This document shows, piece after piece, positions 62,606 through 64,000 of a stretch of DNA of 64,000 nt. The translations under genes and the position numbers were made by a program. Position 1 is the stretch's first letter. The number at the start of each line of letters is the position of its first letter. The notes below the pieces were generated by a model, which had not been told where the DNA came from, searched no databases, and was given only the letters and a program-made list of their open reading frames with translations. This DNA comes from Verrucomicrobiota bacterium (GTDB lineage Bacteria > Verrucomicrobiota > Verrucomicrobiia > Chthoniobacterales > UBA10450): NCBI GenBank assembly GCA_041167265.1, contig JBEEHG010000071.1, positions 10,617 through 74,616 of the forward strand. The letters are read 5' to 3'.

Positions 62606-63445
62606 TCAAGTACCCGGTGGGACTATCGCGGGCGGCGTAAGGTAGGCTTTCGGAACCTGGCCATCCAGCTTCTTAATGGGTTTTTGCATTAATTCAGCAA
62701 ACTCGCTAGTCGAAAAGAGCGGCTGCAACGCAGAGGATTCGAAAACGAATTCCGCACAGAAGTGCATAAGATTTGTCTTCTTTTGATAATAATAGGGCGT
62801 TTCAAAACTCACACGGAAGTTTTCGGACCGTCCGGTGTCCCAGCAAAAATATGGATAACAAAGCTTCAGCAGGCCCGGGTGCCCCTTTGCTTTGTGACTC
62901 GCGATGCAGTGAGATACGCCACCCCAACCCACTAGTTTGCCGGGGATGTCGTCGGCGAGACGAAGATAATCGTCCAAGCCTTTGTCCTTGAGATTAAATG
63001 TCGTGACCAACAAAAACGATCGGCCCGCGCGTCCTTGGTTGCTGATCAGTTTGCGTAACGCTGTTGTGCATCGAGAGGCAACGCGCTCTGATGGATACAG
63101 AAAGCCGCCATAAAAGTCTAAATTGTAAAGATCGTACGTCTCGCTCGTCTCGGTGAGATAGTCGAGAATATCTCCTTCGTGCCAGCGCATGTTGACTTGA
63201 ACATCACGCGCAATGCGCGCCCATTGAATTCGCATGTCACTGAGCACATCTGGGTCACTTTCGATCGCCAGAACATCAGATAAGCTTTCCCTCCACTCCA
63301 GAACGTCGAGGTATTCAACGCTTGGCATACCGCAATACTGCAGCCCAGTTAGACCGTGGGCAGCGGCAAACTGCCTGATCCGTCGGGCGTCGCGCCGGCG
63401 CAGCTCCCGCTTTTCAACACTGTCAGGAAATCTATTTTCGGGCAT
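62606..63445 (-). CDS. Hypothetical protein with Rossmann methyltransferase-like motif order
   Basis: LQYCGMPS (motif I-like), VLAIESD (acidic end of beta2), GDILDYL and YDLYNLDFYGG (Trm1-type DxDPFG-like motif IV). Motif-level evidence only. Confidence 0.45.
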   Translation of the reverse strand: MPENRFPDSVEKRELRRRDARRIRQFAAAHGLTGLQYCGMPSVEYLDVLEWRESLSDVLAIESDPDVLSDMRIQWARIARDVQVNMRWHEGDILDYLTETSETYDLYNLDFYGGFLYPSERVASRCTTALRKLISNQGRAGRSFLLVTTFNLKDKGLDDYLRLADDIPGKLVGWGGVSHCIASHKAKGHPGLLKLCYPYFCWDTGRSENFRVSFETPYYYQKKTNLMHFCAEFVFESSALQPLFSTSEFAELMQKPIKKLDGQVPKAYLTPPAIVPPGT

Positions 63446-63478
63446 TAAGCCGTTCTAAGTGCACCGCGCCTCGCGCTC

Positions 63479-64000
63479 TTACTCGATGAATCCATGCTGC
63501 TTGAATACGTCCTGCACTGCAGACGAAAGCGATTCCACGGTGTCGTCATCCACCATCGACTCGATTACCGCCAGCACGTCGGACAGCAACTTTTCCGCGT
63601 TCGGCTCCGCATTCACAGCTGCCTCGCCGCTGTCGCGATTCCGTGATGCCTTCCGTCGATTCCCGTTATTCTGCGGGTCGTCCTTTTGCGCTCGCTCCGC
63701 TGCCGCCACGAGCTTCTTGAGAATGGGGATACTCTTTTTCCGCTCCGTTGCTAGCGCTGTAGCGCGAAGTCGAGAGCGAAGCTTGGTCGTCACCTTGCTC
63801 GGCGCTTTTTTGCCAGCCGCTAAGTCACTCTTTCCCGTTTGTTTCGACAATCGCTCCTGTTCAACCAAGCTGTCGTAGATGGTCTTGATATCGAAAGTTT
63901 CGGCTTTACTCGGGTCCTTCCGAATGGCCGCAGCTTTTTCAACATTAGCGATGAACTTCTTGCTTTCGGCTGTCGCCCGAGCATCTGCGATCCGGTCTTC
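63479..64000 (-). CDS. Hypothetical charged protein; N-terminus runs off the window
   Basis: The reading frame stays open upstream of the track start (own translation ...EDRIADARATAESKKFIANVEKAAAIRKDPSKAETFDIKTIYDSLVEQERL...). Lys/Arg-rich middle, acidic C-terminus. Confidence 0.5.
   Translation of the reverse strand, partial: EDRIADARATAESKKFIANVEKAAAIRKDPSKAETFDIKTIYDSLVEQERLSKQTGKSDLAAGKKAPSKVTTKLRSRLRATALATERKKSIPILKKLVAAAERAQKDDPQNNGNRRKASRNRDSGEAAVNAEPNAEKLLSDVLAVIESMVDDDTVESLSSAVQDVFKQHGFIE

Noticed and set aside
63459-63878. A 139-aa plus-strand ORF.
   Set aside because: It is Ser/Ala/Cys-rich and antisense to a minus-strand frame that stays open to the window edge and gives a plausible charged protein.

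Overview
The window has two parts. (A) Positions 1 to about 41,400 hold one very large cell-surface glycan (LPS/O-antigen, capsule or S-layer-glycan type) biosynthesis cluster. It includes a complete GDP-D-glycero-alpha-D-manno-heptose pathway (gmhA, hddA, gmhB, hddC). It also carries about 9 glycosyltransferase genes (GT2, GT4 and GT-A-like, including a tandem GT4 and a sulfotransferase-GT2 fusion) and 9 SAM-methyltransferase genes. Three large polytopic GT-C-like membrane proteins, an O-acyltransferase and a putative C-methyl (branched) sugar operon are present, along with a PAPS-supply operon (cysD, cysNC). I recognised no Wzx/Wzy/Wzm/Wzt/Wza exporter. (B) Positions 41,400 to 64,000 look accessory or island-like. 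This part starts at a 3' fragment of a tRNA-Thr-like gene. It then contains an OmpA-domain membrane protein, a NitT/TauT-type ABC importer and a stand-alone LigD_N-like protein. Next come an array of CCCCAAAAG-type short repeats, an excisionase-like HTH gene, an RRM protein, a weakly relaxase-like gene with inverted repeats downstream, and an AAA+ ATPase operon of unknowns. An ankyrin protein and an XRE regulator follow. At 58.2-63.4 kb there is a divergent locus combining a NucS/PD-(D/E)xK-like nuclease, a radical SAM enzyme, an Hsp90-like GHKL ATPase and a methyltransferase-fold-like protein. I flag this locus as the best candidate for an undescribed nucleic-acid modification or defence system. 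All calls rest on motif reading of the supplied translations and my own reading of the DNA; no database search was possible. The sequence looks moderately GC-rich by eye. The protein repertoire (IVS four-helix-bundle protein, small LigD_N-like protein, secreted beta-helix protein) is compatible with a Verrucomicrobiota/Planctomycetota-like soil bacterium, but that is only a guess.
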